This document shows, piece by piece, positions 1 to 9,231 of a stretch of DNA of 64,000 nt (within the stretch, counting starts at the first letter, position 1; each line of letters begins with the position of its first letter). The stretch is from contig CACBON010000002.1 in the NCBI GenBank assembly GCA_902540805.1, positions 27,322 to 91,321 of the forward strand. The letters run 5' to 3'. Under the pieces are notes generated by a model that saw only the letters and a program-made list of their open reading frames with translations, ran no database searches and had not been told where the DNA came from. Source of the stretch: an uncultured Alphaproteobacteria bacterium. GTDB lineage: Bacteria; Pseudomonadota; Alphaproteobacteria; Methylaequorales; Methylaequoraceae. A program made the position numbers and the translations under genes.

Positions 1-135
1 AATTCACCATTTTTAAACCTAAAACTCATATTTCTAGTTGTTTTGAAACTAAATGTTTTGTCAGTCCAGTGATGAATTTCAGTAACTTTTTCTTTTAGAA
101 GAGCCATTAAATTTTTTCAAAAAAACATCATATTA

Positions 136-3100
136 TTGATTAATAATTATGCTATAAACCTTAATTATATAATTTTTAAAGAAATGACAAGTATTAATAT
201 AAGAAAATTATCTCATTCCGAGATGGATTTGTACAGGAAACCTTTATTACCTGAAAAATGGAGTTGTTTTCCTGTTGACAGAGACATCGATACTCAACAG
301 TTAAGAAAAATTTTGCAAAAAGATTTAGATAAAATTAGATCTGGTGCAGAAAAAGATCCATTTTCCAATTCAATCACAATGTTAGCTCTTGATATTTCTA
401 GGAGGTTAGAGAAGAATAGACTAAATTATTCTGCACTTGAAGCTTTGATTCAAAGGCTAGCTGTTGGTTCATTTGGTCTTCGTGCTGATCGTTTAAAATC
501 TTATATCGGTAAAATAGATAAAAAACAAAACATTGAAATAATCAGAAAAATCATTATAAACCTAGCATTTGAAGAAAAGAAAAAGTTAACGTTTAAAGAA
601 TTTAACTGCAAGATTTCTAAAGAAATATTTGGAATTGTTTTAACAGCACATCCAACTTTTGGGATGACCTACAACATGATGTTAGAATTGGCAAAATTGG
701 CTACATCAAAAAATAATAATAAAAATCTTTCTGATAAAGAATTAAAAGGGATTGTTAAAGAAGTCTTCAAGACAGAGCAAAGACCAGAAAAGAAAATAAC
801 ACTTGATTTTGAACACAGTCTATCAATGTCTGCTCTAAAATTTCTTCAAGCTTCGCTAAGAACATTTTATGAGGTAATCATAGATGTATCAAAAAAATTA
901 TTCCCTGATAATTATCATAGAGTAACACCACAGATTTTTAGATTACATACTTGGGTTGGATATGATGTTGATGGGAGAGGGGATATATTTTGGAGTGATA
1001 GTTTTTCAAAAAGACTTAAGGTTAAGGTTGAGCAACTAGATATTTACCAACAAAGGGTAAATAAAATTATTAAATTAAATAAAGACAAAGGTTGTGAAAT
1101 TGAATTATCTCAAATAAGAAACATTATCTCTAATGCACTTAAAACTAATTCTGAGGCGCTTACAAAATTTACACAAAAAGATTTCGTTAATGATTTAAAT
1201 TCAATTAAGCAAGTATCAAATTTTCTTCACAAAAATAAAGACAAGTTGCTTACAAACTCTTTGCTAATTTTAGAAAAAATTTCAGCTGTTTTAAATTACT
1301 TAGTCGAAAAGGATTCAAGTAAAAATAACAAAACTATTTATGAGATATTAATTTTTAAAATTGAATTATCAAATTTTGGACTTGGTTTAGGAAGAACACA
1401 ATTAAGACTTAATGCAAACCAACTAAATAATGCTATATCCAAAGAAATAGATTTGATGGGAGATCCAAATGATCCCTCAAATAAACTTACCTATCTGAAT
1501 ATAATTTCAAGAATGATTGATAATGTTAAACCTGTAAAAATCAATTTTGGAAGTATTTATGAAGAAAATATGAATGCAAGAAGATATTTTATGTTAACAA
1601 AACAAATATTGAAATATATAGACGAGAATCAGTCAATAAGGTTTCTGATCGCAGAATGTGATTACCCACTTACTGTTATGACAGCATTATATTTCTCAAA
1701 ATTATTTGGAGTGGAAAGTAAAATCGATATATCACCTCTATTTGAAACCGAGAAAGGTCTTGAGATTGGTGACGATGTAATTAGGACACTTTTAAGAAAT
1801 TCAAATTTTAAAAAATATATCTTAGCAAGAAAGAAACTTACAGTTCAAACAGGATTCTCAGATGCTGGAAGATACTTAGGTCAATCTGCTGCAGTTTTAT
1901 CAATTGAAAATTTGCAAAGAAAAATTGCCAAAGCAATGCATGATTTGAATATTACAAACGTAAAACTTTTAATTTTTAATACTCACGGAGAATCGATTGG
2001 AAGAGGGGGACATCCTGTATCTTTAATTGATAGACTGAAATATGTAAATTGTAATTATACTCGAAAAAAACTTATGGATTGGAAAATTGATTTAATTCAA
2101 GAAATGAGTTTTCAGGGTGGTGACGGTTATCAATACTTTATGAATCATGATCTAGCCTTTGCTGCTATTTCAAGAATTGCAGAATTTTGCTATAATGATA
2201 GTTCTGTAAAATCAGATGCTTTGTATGATTCAGTAGATTTTGGCATAGAGTTTGTTAATACAATTAAAAATTTCAATACAGAAATTATGGACGATCCTAA
2301 TTACGCCGCACTTTTAAATGTATTTGGATCTAATTTAACTCACTCAACTGGATCAAGATCAGTGAAGCGTCATATTGACTCTTCTATAAAGACACTTGTT
2401 TATCATCCCAGTCAGACAAGAGCAATACCTCAGAATTCGATCCTTCAACAACTTGGAATGCTAGCAAACTCTCTGGGGGGAGTTGGAAGATTTATAGGGA
2501 AAGACCAAAAAAAATTCGTTAAAATATACAACAATTCTGAGAGATTTAAAAGAATTATGGATATAGTGCAACATGCATTCGCCTTTAGTGATATAGAAGT
2601 ATTAAAGGCTTACATAGATTGTTTTGATCCAGGGATGTGGTTGTCATGGTCAACAAGAACTGCAGATTCTGAAAGAAGTAAAAATATGAAAGAAGTCGCA
2701 AATTTACTTGAAAAATTTGATGTTCATTGGAGGCTTAATAAAGTTTACAGAGGACTGCACCAAGAATATATGGAAATAAGAAACTGGATTTTAGGTCGAA
2801 AACTCAGGGGAAGAATAGCTGTAGGAAGAGGAAGGGTTATTGAAAAAGAAATCAGAGACGAATTATTATTAATGCATGGAATACGAGTTGCAATTTTTCA
2901 CGAAATTTTTTTACTCTCCGTTAGAATCCCAAAGTTCAGTGATCAGGCAGGTACGTCGAGAGACGAAGTCATTGCAAAATTAATACGATTTGACGTTTTT
3001 AACGCTGTTGAGATTCTCAGGAAAATCTTTCCAGTTGGTCAAGCAAAAACTTCGAATATTGGTTTTTCTGATAAATCAAATTATGTAAGTGAGGGTAACA

Positions 3101-3210
3101 TTAATTATACAAAAGAAGAAAAAAATATTTTCCAAAAATTGGAAGCCCTATATGAATGTGCAAGACGGGTTAGCAATGGAATCAATCACTTTATAGGATC
3201 TGTAGGTTAA
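136..3210 (+). CDS. ppc: phosphoenolpyruvate carboxylase (long, divergent)
   Basis: VLTAHPTF motif matches the PEPC VxTAHPTE signature. HGESIGRGGHP matches the FHGRGGxxGRGG lysine/glycine loop. Length 1024 aa. Confidence 0.7.
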   Translation: MINNYAINLNYIIFKEMTSINIRKLSHSEMDLYRKPLLPEKWSCFPVDRDIDTQQLRKILQKDLDKIRSGAEKDPFSNSITMLALDISRRLEKNRLNYSALEALIQRLAVGSFGLRADRLKSYIGKIDKKQNIEIIRKIIINLAFEEKKKLTFKEFNCKISKEIFGIVLTAHPTFGMTYNMMLELAKLATSKNNNKNLSDKELKGIVKEVFKTEQRPEKKITLDFEHSLSMSALKFLQASLRTFYEVIIDVSKKLFPDNYHRVTPQIFRLHTWVGYDVDGRGDIFWSDSFSKRLKVKVEQLDIYQQRVNKIIKLNKDKGCEIELSQIRNIISNALKTNSEALTKFTQKDFVNDLNSIKQVSNFLHKNKDKLLTNSLLILEKISAVLNYLVEKDSSKNNKTIYEILIFKIELSNFGLGLGRTQLRLNANQLNNAISKEIDLMGDPNDPSNKLTYLNIISRMIDNVKPVKINFGSIYEENMNARRYFMLTKQILKYIDENQSIRFLIAECDYPLTVMTALYFSKLFGVESKIDISPLFETEKGLEIGDDVIRTLLRNSNFKKYILARKKLTVQTGFSDAGRYLGQSAAVLSIENLQRKIAKAMHDLNITNVKLLIFNTHGESIGRGGHPVSLIDRLKYVNCNYTRKKLMDWKIDLIQEMSFQGGDGYQYFMNHDLAFAAISRIAEFCYNDSSVKSDALYDSVDFGIEFVNTIKNFNTEIMDDPNYAALLNVFGSNLTHSTGSRSVKRHIDSSIKTLVYHPSQTRAIPQNSILQQLGMLANSLGGVGRFIGKDQKKFVKIYNNSERFKRIMDIVQHAFAFSDIEVLKAYIDCFDPGMWLSWSTRTADSERSKNMKEVANLLEKFDVHWRLNKVYRGLHQEYMEIRNWILGRKLRGRIAVGRGRVIEKEIRDELLLMHGIRVAIFHEIFLLSVRIPKFSDQAGTSRDEVIAKLIRFDVFNAVEILRKIFPVGQAKTSNIGFSDKSNYVSEGNINYTKEEKNIFQKLEALYECARRVSNGINHFIGSVG

Positions 3211-3216
3211 TAAGGG

Positions 3217-4029
3217 TTATTTCTTTTTTTCAGCTTTATAGTGATCTTCAATTGCACCTATGTCTTTATCCGATAAATTCAGTTTTTCTGATAATAACCT
3301 TAGTTCCTCTCTTTCCTCCTTATCAATAACATCGTCTTTCAGCATAAATTTTAATTTGTCTTCATATTTTTTTTGATTCCTTCTTGTGAATTCTGTAAAA
3401 GCTGATGCCATGATTCCAGCCGGTAATGCAACTGTTCCAATTCCTAAAATAATACTTATAGACCCAAAAAATTTTCCTAAATTTGTAATAGGGTACACAT
3501 CCCCGTAACCAACTGTCGTAAGAGTAACTAATGCCCACCACATGGATTGAGGGATACTTCCAAATTTTTCTGGTTGAACGTCTTTTTCAACTAAGTACAT
3601 TCCACTTGATACGATTATTAAAGCTATAAATAATAAAAAAAATGCTGCAGCAAAGGACCTTCTTTGATCCCATAATACAGAAATCAAACTATTAATTGAA
3701 CCTGAATATCTTGAAAATTTTAACAACCTTACAATCCTCAACGCTCTTATAAATCTAAGATCAATAGTTGGATAAAATAATGCGACAAGACTTGGAAGTA
3801 TTGCAACCGCGTCAATTATAGCTCCAAAACTAAAAATATATCTGACTCTTTTTTTATAATCACTCTCTTTTGCATCTTCTTTTGAAACACAAGACCACAA
3901 CCTGAGTAGATATTCTATAGTAAAAATTAATACAGAAAAATACTCGAAATAATTGAAGTAAATTTCAAATTTTTCATAAATTGAATCAACAGTTTCTAAA
4001 ATTACTGAAAAAACATTTAAAGTTATCAA
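3217..4029 (-). CDS. voltage-gated-type potassium channel
   Basis: TTVGYGD selectivity filter. S4-like segment RALRIVRLLKFSRYS with R/K at every third position. Multiple TM helices. Confidence 0.65.
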   Translation of the reverse strand: MITLNVFSVILETVDSIYEKFEIYFNYFEYFSVLIFTIEYLLRLWSCVSKEDAKESDYKKRVRYIFSFGAIIDAVAILPSLVALFYPTIDLRFIRALRIVRLLKFSRYSGSINSLISVLWDQRRSFAAAFFLLFIALIIVSSGMYLVEKDVQPEKFGSIPQSMWWALVTLTTVGYGDVYPITNLGKFFGSISIILGIGTVALPAGIMASAFTEFTRRNQKKYEDKLKFMLKDDVIDKEEREELRLLSEKLNLSDKDIGAIEDHYKAEKKK

Positions 4030-4144
4030 GGTAAGAAGAAAAAGATCAGTTATCTTACTTGCTATGTCTTTATCTTGTCCTGGTTCAAGTAATTGCCAAC
4101 ATCTATATTGTATTTGTTTAATATTAATTGGTTGCTCCTGAGAA

Positions 4145-4432
4145 TTATTTTTTAGGACACGTTATTTCTTTTTGGCATGTATTCCCTGGAGAACCGAGGT
4201 ATATCTCTTTATCTTTTGCTCCTCTTTTCTGAGATTGATAGGTGCAAACAACGTCACCTGGAACTTTTCTTTCACTAATAAGCCTACATTTTGGTTGAAT
4301 AACAATTCTCTTTCTTCTGTCAAATGTTCCCTCTTCAGGAGCATAGGTCCTGCCCTTTGTTTTTGGTAAAGAGTCGACCATAAAGGGAATTATAAAGCAA
4401 AATAATACAAAAAGACTAAGAATTTTCCTCAT
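4145..4432 (-). CDS. small secreted cysteine-rich protein (start trimmed to ATG at 4432)
   Basis: The track ORF 4145..4525 overlaps the upstream gene. The internal ATG gives an N-terminal signal peptide (MRKILSLFVLFCFIIPF) and a mature part of about 75 aa with 4 Cys. Confidence 0.35.
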   Translation of the reverse strand: MRKILSLFVLFCFIIPFMVDSLPKTKGRTYAPEEGTFDRRKRIVIQPKCRLISERKVPGDVVCTYQSQKRGAKDKEIYLGSPGNTCQKEITCPKK

Positions 4433-4664
4433 CAGGCTTTTCCTTGTTCTGAATATTTGTTTTTGTGGATGTTTCTTCTTCAGATCCAGGCATATAAGCA
4501 GATCCTTGAATTGACTTTGCAACAAATTTGTTCATTAAAGGATCTGATTTCTTTACATAATCCTCGAGCTCTTCTTGCAAAATTTTTTCTGCCTCTTCCT
4601 TACTTTTAGCTTCAATTTCAGCTAGCCCATCAACAATCCAGTGAACTTTATAAATCATCTTCAT
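4416..4664 (-). CDS. hypothetical acidic 82-aa protein
   Basis: ORF in an operon-like array with flanking same-strand genes. I recognise no motif. Confidence 0.3.
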   Translation of the reverse strand: MKMIYKVHWIVDGLAEIEAKSKEEAEKILQEELEDYVKKSDPLMNKFVAKSIQGSAYMPGSEEETSTKTNIQNKEKPDEENS

Positions 4665-5304
4665 CCTTGTTAGAATTAAAATATTTATTTTTTGTTAGGA
4701 TTTCATTGGCTTGAACCTGGATTTCAGTTATTTTTTCCTTTTCAATTAACTCTCCAACTCTATCCCTAATTTTCATAGCTTTATATATTCCTGAACTTAC
4801 AGATACAGAATACCATAAATATGATTTTTCAAAATCAATTTCTGGAGAAATTTTTTCATACCAATAACCCAATTGAAAGGCTGATATTGGATTGTTATCG
4901 TTAACATACCCATTTTCAAGAATTTTAGGGATAGTTTTGGAAATTTTTAAAAATTCATCTTCTTCAATTTTTTCTTCAATTGATTTTATTTTATTTAAAC
5001 ATTTTTTATTTCCGTTTAGTGAACAAAGCCAAGTATACTTAAGTGACTTGCTAAAGTTTTGGGTAGTTCCGATACCCTCAAAATACATATTTGATAAATT
5101 AAAAATTGCATCTTTATTTCCTTTTTCGGAAAGATTAAAAAAAACAATAAAAGATTTTTTAAACTCTCCATTTTCATAAAAATTCACCCCACTTTTGTAG
5201 TATTCCACATCATTCAAATATTTATTTTCAGGTGTTATTGTGTCTGCGAAAGACAATTCTTTAACGAGAAAAAAGTTTAAAAGAATTAAAAGAAATTGTT
5301 TCAC
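4648..5304 (-). CDS. Sel1/TPR-like repeat protein with signal peptide
   Basis: Sel1-like repeats (AIFNLSNMYFEGIGTTQNFSKSLKYTW; AFQLGYWYEKISPEIDFEKSYLWY). N-terminal signal peptide. GTG start overlaps the stop of the upstream ORF (GGTGA). Confidence 0.5.
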   Translation of the reverse strand: MKQFLLILLNFFLVKELSFADTITPENKYLNDVEYYKSGVNFYENGEFKKSFIVFFNLSEKGNKDAIFNLSNMYFEGIGTTQNFSKSLKYTWLCSLNGNKKCLNKIKSIEEKIEEDEFLKISKTIPKILENGYVNDNNPISAFQLGYWYEKISPEIDFEKSYLWYSVSVSSGIYKAMKIRDRVGELIEKEKITEIQVQANEILTKNKYFNSNKDEDDL

Positions 5305-5684
5305 CTTCCCGCCATCATTATTAACTGTAAATATAAAACTCTTAATCTAAACTTGGAATTTGGTCTTTGTTCATAAACAACAATTCTTGGTCTATCAGAA
5401 TTAGGTTTTTGAAATTCTATTGACATATCTTCTGGAAGAAATACACCATTAAATTCCAAAGTTTTTTGAGGATCTTGTTCAAACTCTTCTTTAAATTTAG
5501 AATCAATCCAAATCCTTGCCAGAACCCTTCCAAGTATATCTGGAAGAAACTTTCTTACCTCTGATCTATTTTTGAAATGATGAAGTTTATTAGTTATGTC
5601 AAGTGTTTTCGTTTTGTCTTGATTAACAGTTATAACTTCGTTTTGTTTAGTTTTGACTGGTAAATTTTGTTGTTTTTTTTTCAT
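5301..5684 (-). CDS. NHLP / nitrile-hydratase-alpha N-terminal-like domain protein
   Basis: ARIWIDSKFKEEFEQDPQKTLEFNGVFLPEDMSIEF...RIVVYEQRP parallels the conserved AKAWxDPxFKxxLLxDPxxALxExGxxxPEGxxxxVVENTP block of NHase alpha and NHLP leaders. It ends ...MMAGR with no core peptide. Confidence 0.45.
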   Translation of the reverse strand: MKKKQQNLPVKTKQNEVITVNQDKTKTLDITNKLHHFKNRSEVRKFLPDILGRVLARIWIDSKFKEEFEQDPQKTLEFNGVFLPEDMSIEFQKPNSDRPRIVVYEQRPNSKFRLRVLYLQLIMMAGR

Positions 5685-5770
5685 AGCTCAGTTTATTATA
5701 TATCTAAATCATAATTTAAAATAAATCATTAATTTATTAAAATTTTTGAAATATTGTCGTTACATTATTT

Positions 5771-6043
5771 ATGCATAGCACGAAGAACATTATTAAATTC
5801 CCAAATTTAATAAACCAAAAGAAAGAAAAAATGGTTAAAATTAGAGATGAAATTGAAAAAATTTTAACCAACTATGCCATTAATGAGAGAGATTTATGGG
5901 CTGTTTCACTTGCTGCTGGAAGATTTGCTTCAATCAATCTTGAAAAGTTGGATGGTGAAAAGCAGACAATTAATTTTTTTAAAAATTGTATTGAAACTCA
6001 AAAAAAGTTTGAACTAACCAGAAATCCTTCCAACATTCCCTGA
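5771..6043 (+). CDS. hypothetical small protein (possibly starting at the internal ATG at 5831)
   Basis: ORF only. The 3' end overlaps the convergent bactofilin gene by 30 nt. Confidence 0.2.
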   Translation: MHSTKNIIKFPNLINQKKEKMVKIRDEIEKILTNYAINERDLWAVSLAAGRFASINLEKLDGEKQTINFFKNCIETQKKFELTRNPSNIP

Positions 6044-6331
6044 AATTTGAGCTCCAGTATCAACGGAAAGCGAATTTGTTTTTAATTTACCGTCAATTAC
6101 ACCACTGTTAGAGACTTCTAGAAGGTCAGCTGTAATATCTCCATCAACCTTTCCCTCTACTTTTAAGTGTTCTGCATTTATGTTTCCATTGAAAAGTGCT
6201 GTGGATTCAATAATTACAGATCTAGCAACGATATTCCCTTTAAAATTTCCCGCTATAACAACTTGTCCTTCTTTCGACTCTAATTGTCCTTCCATGAGAA
6301 GACTTTTATTAATATAGGTTATATCACTCAT
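6014..6331 (-). CDS. bactofilin family protein (paralog 3)
   Basis: Beta-helical bactofilin (DUF583) periodicity: VIAGNFKGNIVARSVIIESTALFNGNINAEHLKVEGKVDGDITAD... Confidence 0.7.
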   Translation of the reverse strand: MSDITYINKSLLMEGQLESKEGQVVIAGNFKGNIVARSVIIESTALFNGNINAEHLKVEGKVDGDITADLLEVSNSGVIDGKLKTNSLSVDTGAQISGNVGRISG

Positions 6332-6333
6332 CT

Positions 6334-6687
6334 TTAATCCTCAGCGTGTTTATTATTTTTTAACTTATTTTCATCCCAGTTATGGATGATCTTACAGTTG
6401 AGTGCTGCACCTCTATCCATCTGAAGTGATTTATAATTAATTTCTCCAGTAATTACAGAAGAATCTGTAAGCCAAACAGAATCAGCTTTAATTTTACCTT
6501 GATAGTTTCCAGAAATTACAACTAACTCAGATATTATTGACCCTTCTAGTGAAGCATATCTTCCAAGTGTTACCTTATCAGATTTAATATCTGCTTCGAC
6601 TCTTCCATTAATTTCTATAGTTGATGCATTAGATATTTTGCCTTTAAATATCGCTCCTCTTCCTATGATTGATTGATTATCTGCCAT
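6334..6687 (-). CDS. bactofilin family protein (paralog 2)
   Basis: IGRGAIFKGKISNASTIEINGRVEADIKSDKVTLGRYASLEGSI... is a typical CcmA/BacA-like repeat pattern. Confidence 0.75.
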   Translation of the reverse strand: MADNQSIIGRGAIFKGKISNASTIEINGRVEADIKSDKVTLGRYASLEGSIISELVVISGNYQGKIKADSVWLTDSSVITGEINYKSLQMDRGAALNCKIIHNWDENKLKNNKHAED

Positions 6688-6689
6688 TA

Positions 6690-7112
6690 TTAAATACCTT
6701 TAGATTTTTTTGATGGTTTTTTTCTTTTTTCTTTCTCTAAACTTTTGTCTTCTATTCTTTTATCTAATCCACGGAAAAGCTGAATCTCTAAATTAGCACC
6801 TGGTCTTGCACTTAAACTATTGTAATACATATTACCTTTTATGTTAGCTGCAGATTCTATAGCTAATGATTCAGCAGTAACATCGCCCTCAAATTTACCT
6901 CCAATTATACATTCGAAAGCTTTTATATTACCTTTCTGATTTCCTTCAGCAGAAATATGAACATGTTCACATTCTATATTACCTTTAACAATTCCTTTAA
7001 GCACTAACTTTCCACTACATTTTATGTTACCGTTAATTTGCATTTCAGTACCAATTACACTAGAGGAAGTCGATGCTTTTTTTGGAGTTTTATCTGAGTT
7101 TCTAGAAAACAT
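6690..7112 (-). CDS. bactofilin family protein (paralog 1) with K-rich C-terminal tail
   Basis: MQINGNIKCSGKLVLKGIVKGNIECEHVHISAEGNQKGNIKAFECIIGGKFEGDVTAESLAIESAANIKGNMYY is the bactofilin repeat core. Confidence 0.75.
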   Translation of the reverse strand: MFSRNSDKTPKKASTSSSVIGTEMQINGNIKCSGKLVLKGIVKGNIECEHVHISAEGNQKGNIKAFECIIGGKFEGDVTAESLAIESAANIKGNMYYNSLSARPGANLEIQLFRGLDKRIEDKSLEKEKRKKPSKKSKGI

Positions 7113-7123
7113 ATTTCTATTTT

Positions 7124-7139
7124 TGCAATAATTTTGCCA
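7124..7139 (-). promoter_or_regulatory. sigma-54 (-24/-12) promoter candidate for the bactofilin operon
   Basis: Minus strand reads TGGCAA-AATTA-TTGCA. The -12 C is 12 nt upstream of ATG 7112, which implies a leaderless transcript. Confidence 0.55.
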
Positions 7140-7211
7140 ATTAATTTAATTTTTAGAACTTTTACCATTATCATAAAAAAAATTAAAAAAAAAGTTTTAT
7201 TATTTATATTT

Positions 7212-7227
7212 TGGCTTACTAAATGCA
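7212..7227 (+). promoter_or_regulatory. sigma-54 promoter candidate for the K-rich protein / M23 peptidase operon
   Basis: TGGCTT-ACTAA-ATGCA. GG and GC are correctly spaced. The -12 element is weaker (ATGCA). It lies about 42 nt upstream of ATG 7269. Confidence 0.4.
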
Positions 7228-7268
7228 TAAATTTACTTTTAATAAATTTTATTGTAAATTAATGAATT

Positions 7269-7811
7269 ATGAGTGAACCAGTAATTGATATTAGAGACAG
7301 GATAGAAAAGATGAGAAATCAGATGACCGTACCTGCCTCTAAAGTTTCTACTTCAGAAACAAAAGTTGAAAGTAAAAAAATTGAATCCGTACCAAGCGAC
7401 AAAGCCGCAAACATTAATGTAGAAAACTTAGAAAAAAAAATAAGTAAAAACAACTTTGAAATAGCCGATAAAGAAAATATTAAATTTAAGACAAACGAAA
7501 AATCAGCGGTCGATTCTGAAGCAAAAAAGCATAAACCAAAAAAAGCTGAAGAACCTGATTTTATTGAAAAAATAGAATTTGAAAAACAAAAGACTTTTGA
7601 AACTAAGCAAAATTATAAGACCTATGATAGCTATCAAAATGATAGAGTTGTTGATGATAAAAAACAATCAGTAAAGTTTGATGAAAAACAACCATTTCCT
7701 CAGTTTAGTTTAAACGTAAGTAATCCTATTTCTTGGAAACTAATGTTGCTAATTATGTTAATGCAACTGTTAACCAACATGATGTTGGTTGTTGTTTTAT
7801 ACCTAAAATAA
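7269..7811 (+). CDS. lysine-rich protein with C-terminal hydrophobic anchor
   Basis: Low-complexity K/E-rich sequence ending in the TM-like segment LMLLIMLMQLLTNMMLVVVLYL. It is 4 nt upstream of the M23 peptidase gene. Confidence 0.3.
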   Translation: MSEPVIDIRDRIEKMRNQMTVPASKVSTSETKVESKKIESVPSDKAANINVENLEKKISKNNFEIADKENIKFKTNEKSAVDSEAKKHKPKKAEEPDFIEKIEFEKQKTFETKQNYKTYDSYQNDRVVDDKKQSVKFDEKQPFPQFSLNVSNPISWKLMLLIMLMQLLTNMMLVVVLYLK

Positions 7812-7815
7812 CTAA

Positions 7816-9195
7816 ATGGAAAATTTATCTAAAAAATTTTCTATGAATGTGCTTAAATTTAACATTCTGAAAAATCTAAAATCAAGTACAAGATTTGGCG
7901 AAACTAGTATCTTTTCCAAAAACTTAACTGTATTTTCAAAAAACCTTAGACTCATTCTCAAAGAAAGAAGATTTCTTTATTTTACAAAAAAAGGCCCCAT
8001 AGAAGTTGTATTCAACATTAAACATTATCTGTCAGCTATTGCAATTTTTCTGGTTTTAATCTTCAAAGTATTTCAACTTTTATTCTTTGGTGTTTCGTCT
8101 TTTTTTTCTTATATGATTTACAAAAATACAGTTATAAATGAGCAGAGCTTTACAGAATCCGAAATTAAAACGTTAAAAAGTATTGCAAAAGGTAAAAATA
8201 TATCGGAGCAAGAAATTAATTCTGAAAAAGCAGAAATAGTAATAAAACAAAAAGATGAATTTAACAACACAAATAATTATCAAAATGAATTACAAGATCA
8301 ATTAAGAGAAAAATTATTAAATTTAAAAAGTATGATGCGAAATATAAAGCTTAGCCTCCCAAATGACTTGAATTATTCAGATGAAATTAAATTTGAGCAA
8401 TTTTCTAAAATTGCGAGTCCTGAAATGGTTGCAATAGAACACGCCTTCGAAAACAAGTTTGATTTAACAAAACCATCAAAAGACCAAAAGGAATCATTTT
8501 CATATAAGAAACTGCCTGTTATACCGTTTGTTGCACCAAGAACAAAAAAACTGAAAATAATTAATTTTACTAAGAAAATTGATATTGAAATTTTACAACT
8601 TTTAAGTGTTTTTGAACAATTAAAACTTCAACCAGATAAACTTGATATTCATAGGATAAACGCCTTGCTTTCTGAAAATATAAATGTAAGTGAAGATAAC
8701 GAGGATTTGTTGGATCATACTTCGCTAAGGTTTCAAATCTTGCAAGATCTTAAAGATGCAATTATTTATGTGCCTTTAAAACCACCTATGCAATATTACT
8801 ATGTCTCTAGTCCCTACGGTGTCAGAGTTCATCCTAAAAGCAAAAGAAAACAAATGCATCATGGAATTGATATGGCTGGTACTTGGCAAGAAGAGGTTAG
8901 GGCACCTGCTGATGGATATGTTTCTTTTTCAGGAAGAAATGGGTCTTTTGGTAAAACAATCAAAATAATACATAAACATGGTGTGTCAACATTGTATGGA
9001 CATCTTCATCGATTGAATGTGAAAAAAGGAAAGAATGTTACAGAGGGCGAAGTAATTGGAAAAATGGGATCAACAGGAAGAGCTGTAGGTGCGCATCTTC
9101 ATTATGAAATAAAAGTCAATGGTAAATCAGTAAATCCATATGATTTTATTTCAGTGGGACGTGATCTGCTAAGCAGTTCAATAATTAAAAAATAA
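7816..9195 (+). CDS. M23/LytM family metallo-endopeptidase (membrane anchored, coiled-coil middle)
   Basis: C-terminal HHGIDMAG...GRAVGAHLHYEI carries the HxxxD and HxH motifs of peptidase M23. One N-terminal TM helix. Confidence 0.75.
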   Translation: MENLSKKFSMNVLKFNILKNLKSSTRFGETSIFSKNLTVFSKNLRLILKERRFLYFTKKGPIEVVFNIKHYLSAIAIFLVLIFKVFQLLFFGVSSFFSYMIYKNTVINEQSFTESEIKTLKSIAKGKNISEQEINSEKAEIVIKQKDEFNNTNNYQNELQDQLREKLLNLKSMMRNIKLSLPNDLNYSDEIKFEQFSKIASPEMVAIEHAFENKFDLTKPSKDQKESFSYKKLPVIPFVAPRTKKLKIINFTKKIDIEILQLLSVFEQLKLQPDKLDIHRINALLSENINVSEDNEDLLDHTSLRFQILQDLKDAIIYVPLKPPMQYYYVSSPYGVRVHPKSKRKQMHHGIDMAGTWQEEVRAPADGYVSFSGRNGSFGKTIKIIHKHGVSTLYGHLHRLNVKKGKNVTEGEVIGKMGSTGRAVGAHLHYEIKVNGKSVNPYDFISVGRDLLSSSIIKK

Positions 9196-9204
9196 AGTAA
9201 AGTT

Positions 9205-9220
9205 TGGCACTTAAATTGCT
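9205..9220 (+). promoter_or_regulatory. sigma-54 promoter (consensus-perfect) for the SLT-domain gene
   Basis: TGGCAC-TTAAA-TTGCT. The -12 C is 12-13 nt before ATG 9232, which implies a leaderless transcript. Confidence 0.6.
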
Positions 9221-9231
9221 GAATAAAATGC

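Noticed and set aside
4085-4100. Sigma-54-like motif upstream of the K+ channel gene (ttgcca at about 4095)
   Set aside because: The minus-strand reading is TGGCAA-TTACT-TGAAC, which lacks the -12 GC. It is not a credible site.
4162-4369. Antisense/overlapping small ORFs (4162-4344 minus, 4172-4369 plus) inside the Cys-rich secreted protein gene
   Set aside because: They are embedded in a better-supported gene and have low-complexity translations. This is typical of spurious ORFs in AT-rich DNA. The same judgement applies to the other embedded ORFs: 4892-5179, 9336-9527, 10801-10995, 11221-11427, 14645-14836, 15493-15792, 17880-18062, 18789-19226, 18793-19005, 20017-20355, 21347-21556, 22012-22371, 22905-23210, 23352-23645, 23728-23973, 25170-25445, 26531-26914, 29541-29738, 30050-30238, 30328-30510, 31658-31897, 34133-34345, 35117-35488, 37923-38210, 38919-39161, 39352-39564, 41372-41560, 42035-42256, 42312-42512, 43772-43984, 45808-46041, 46986-47315, 47397-47777, 48024-48248, 50372-50650, 50804-51013, 52313-52633, 54257-54463, 54358-54546, 55929-56111, 56850-57116, 57738-58031, 60842-61057, 61061-61255, 61508-61720 and 62834-63286.
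5301-5684. NHLP-domain ORF as a RiPP precursor peptide
   Set aside because: The NHLP-like block runs to the last residues with no core peptide and no GG-type cleavage site. No maturation enzymes or transporter are nearby.
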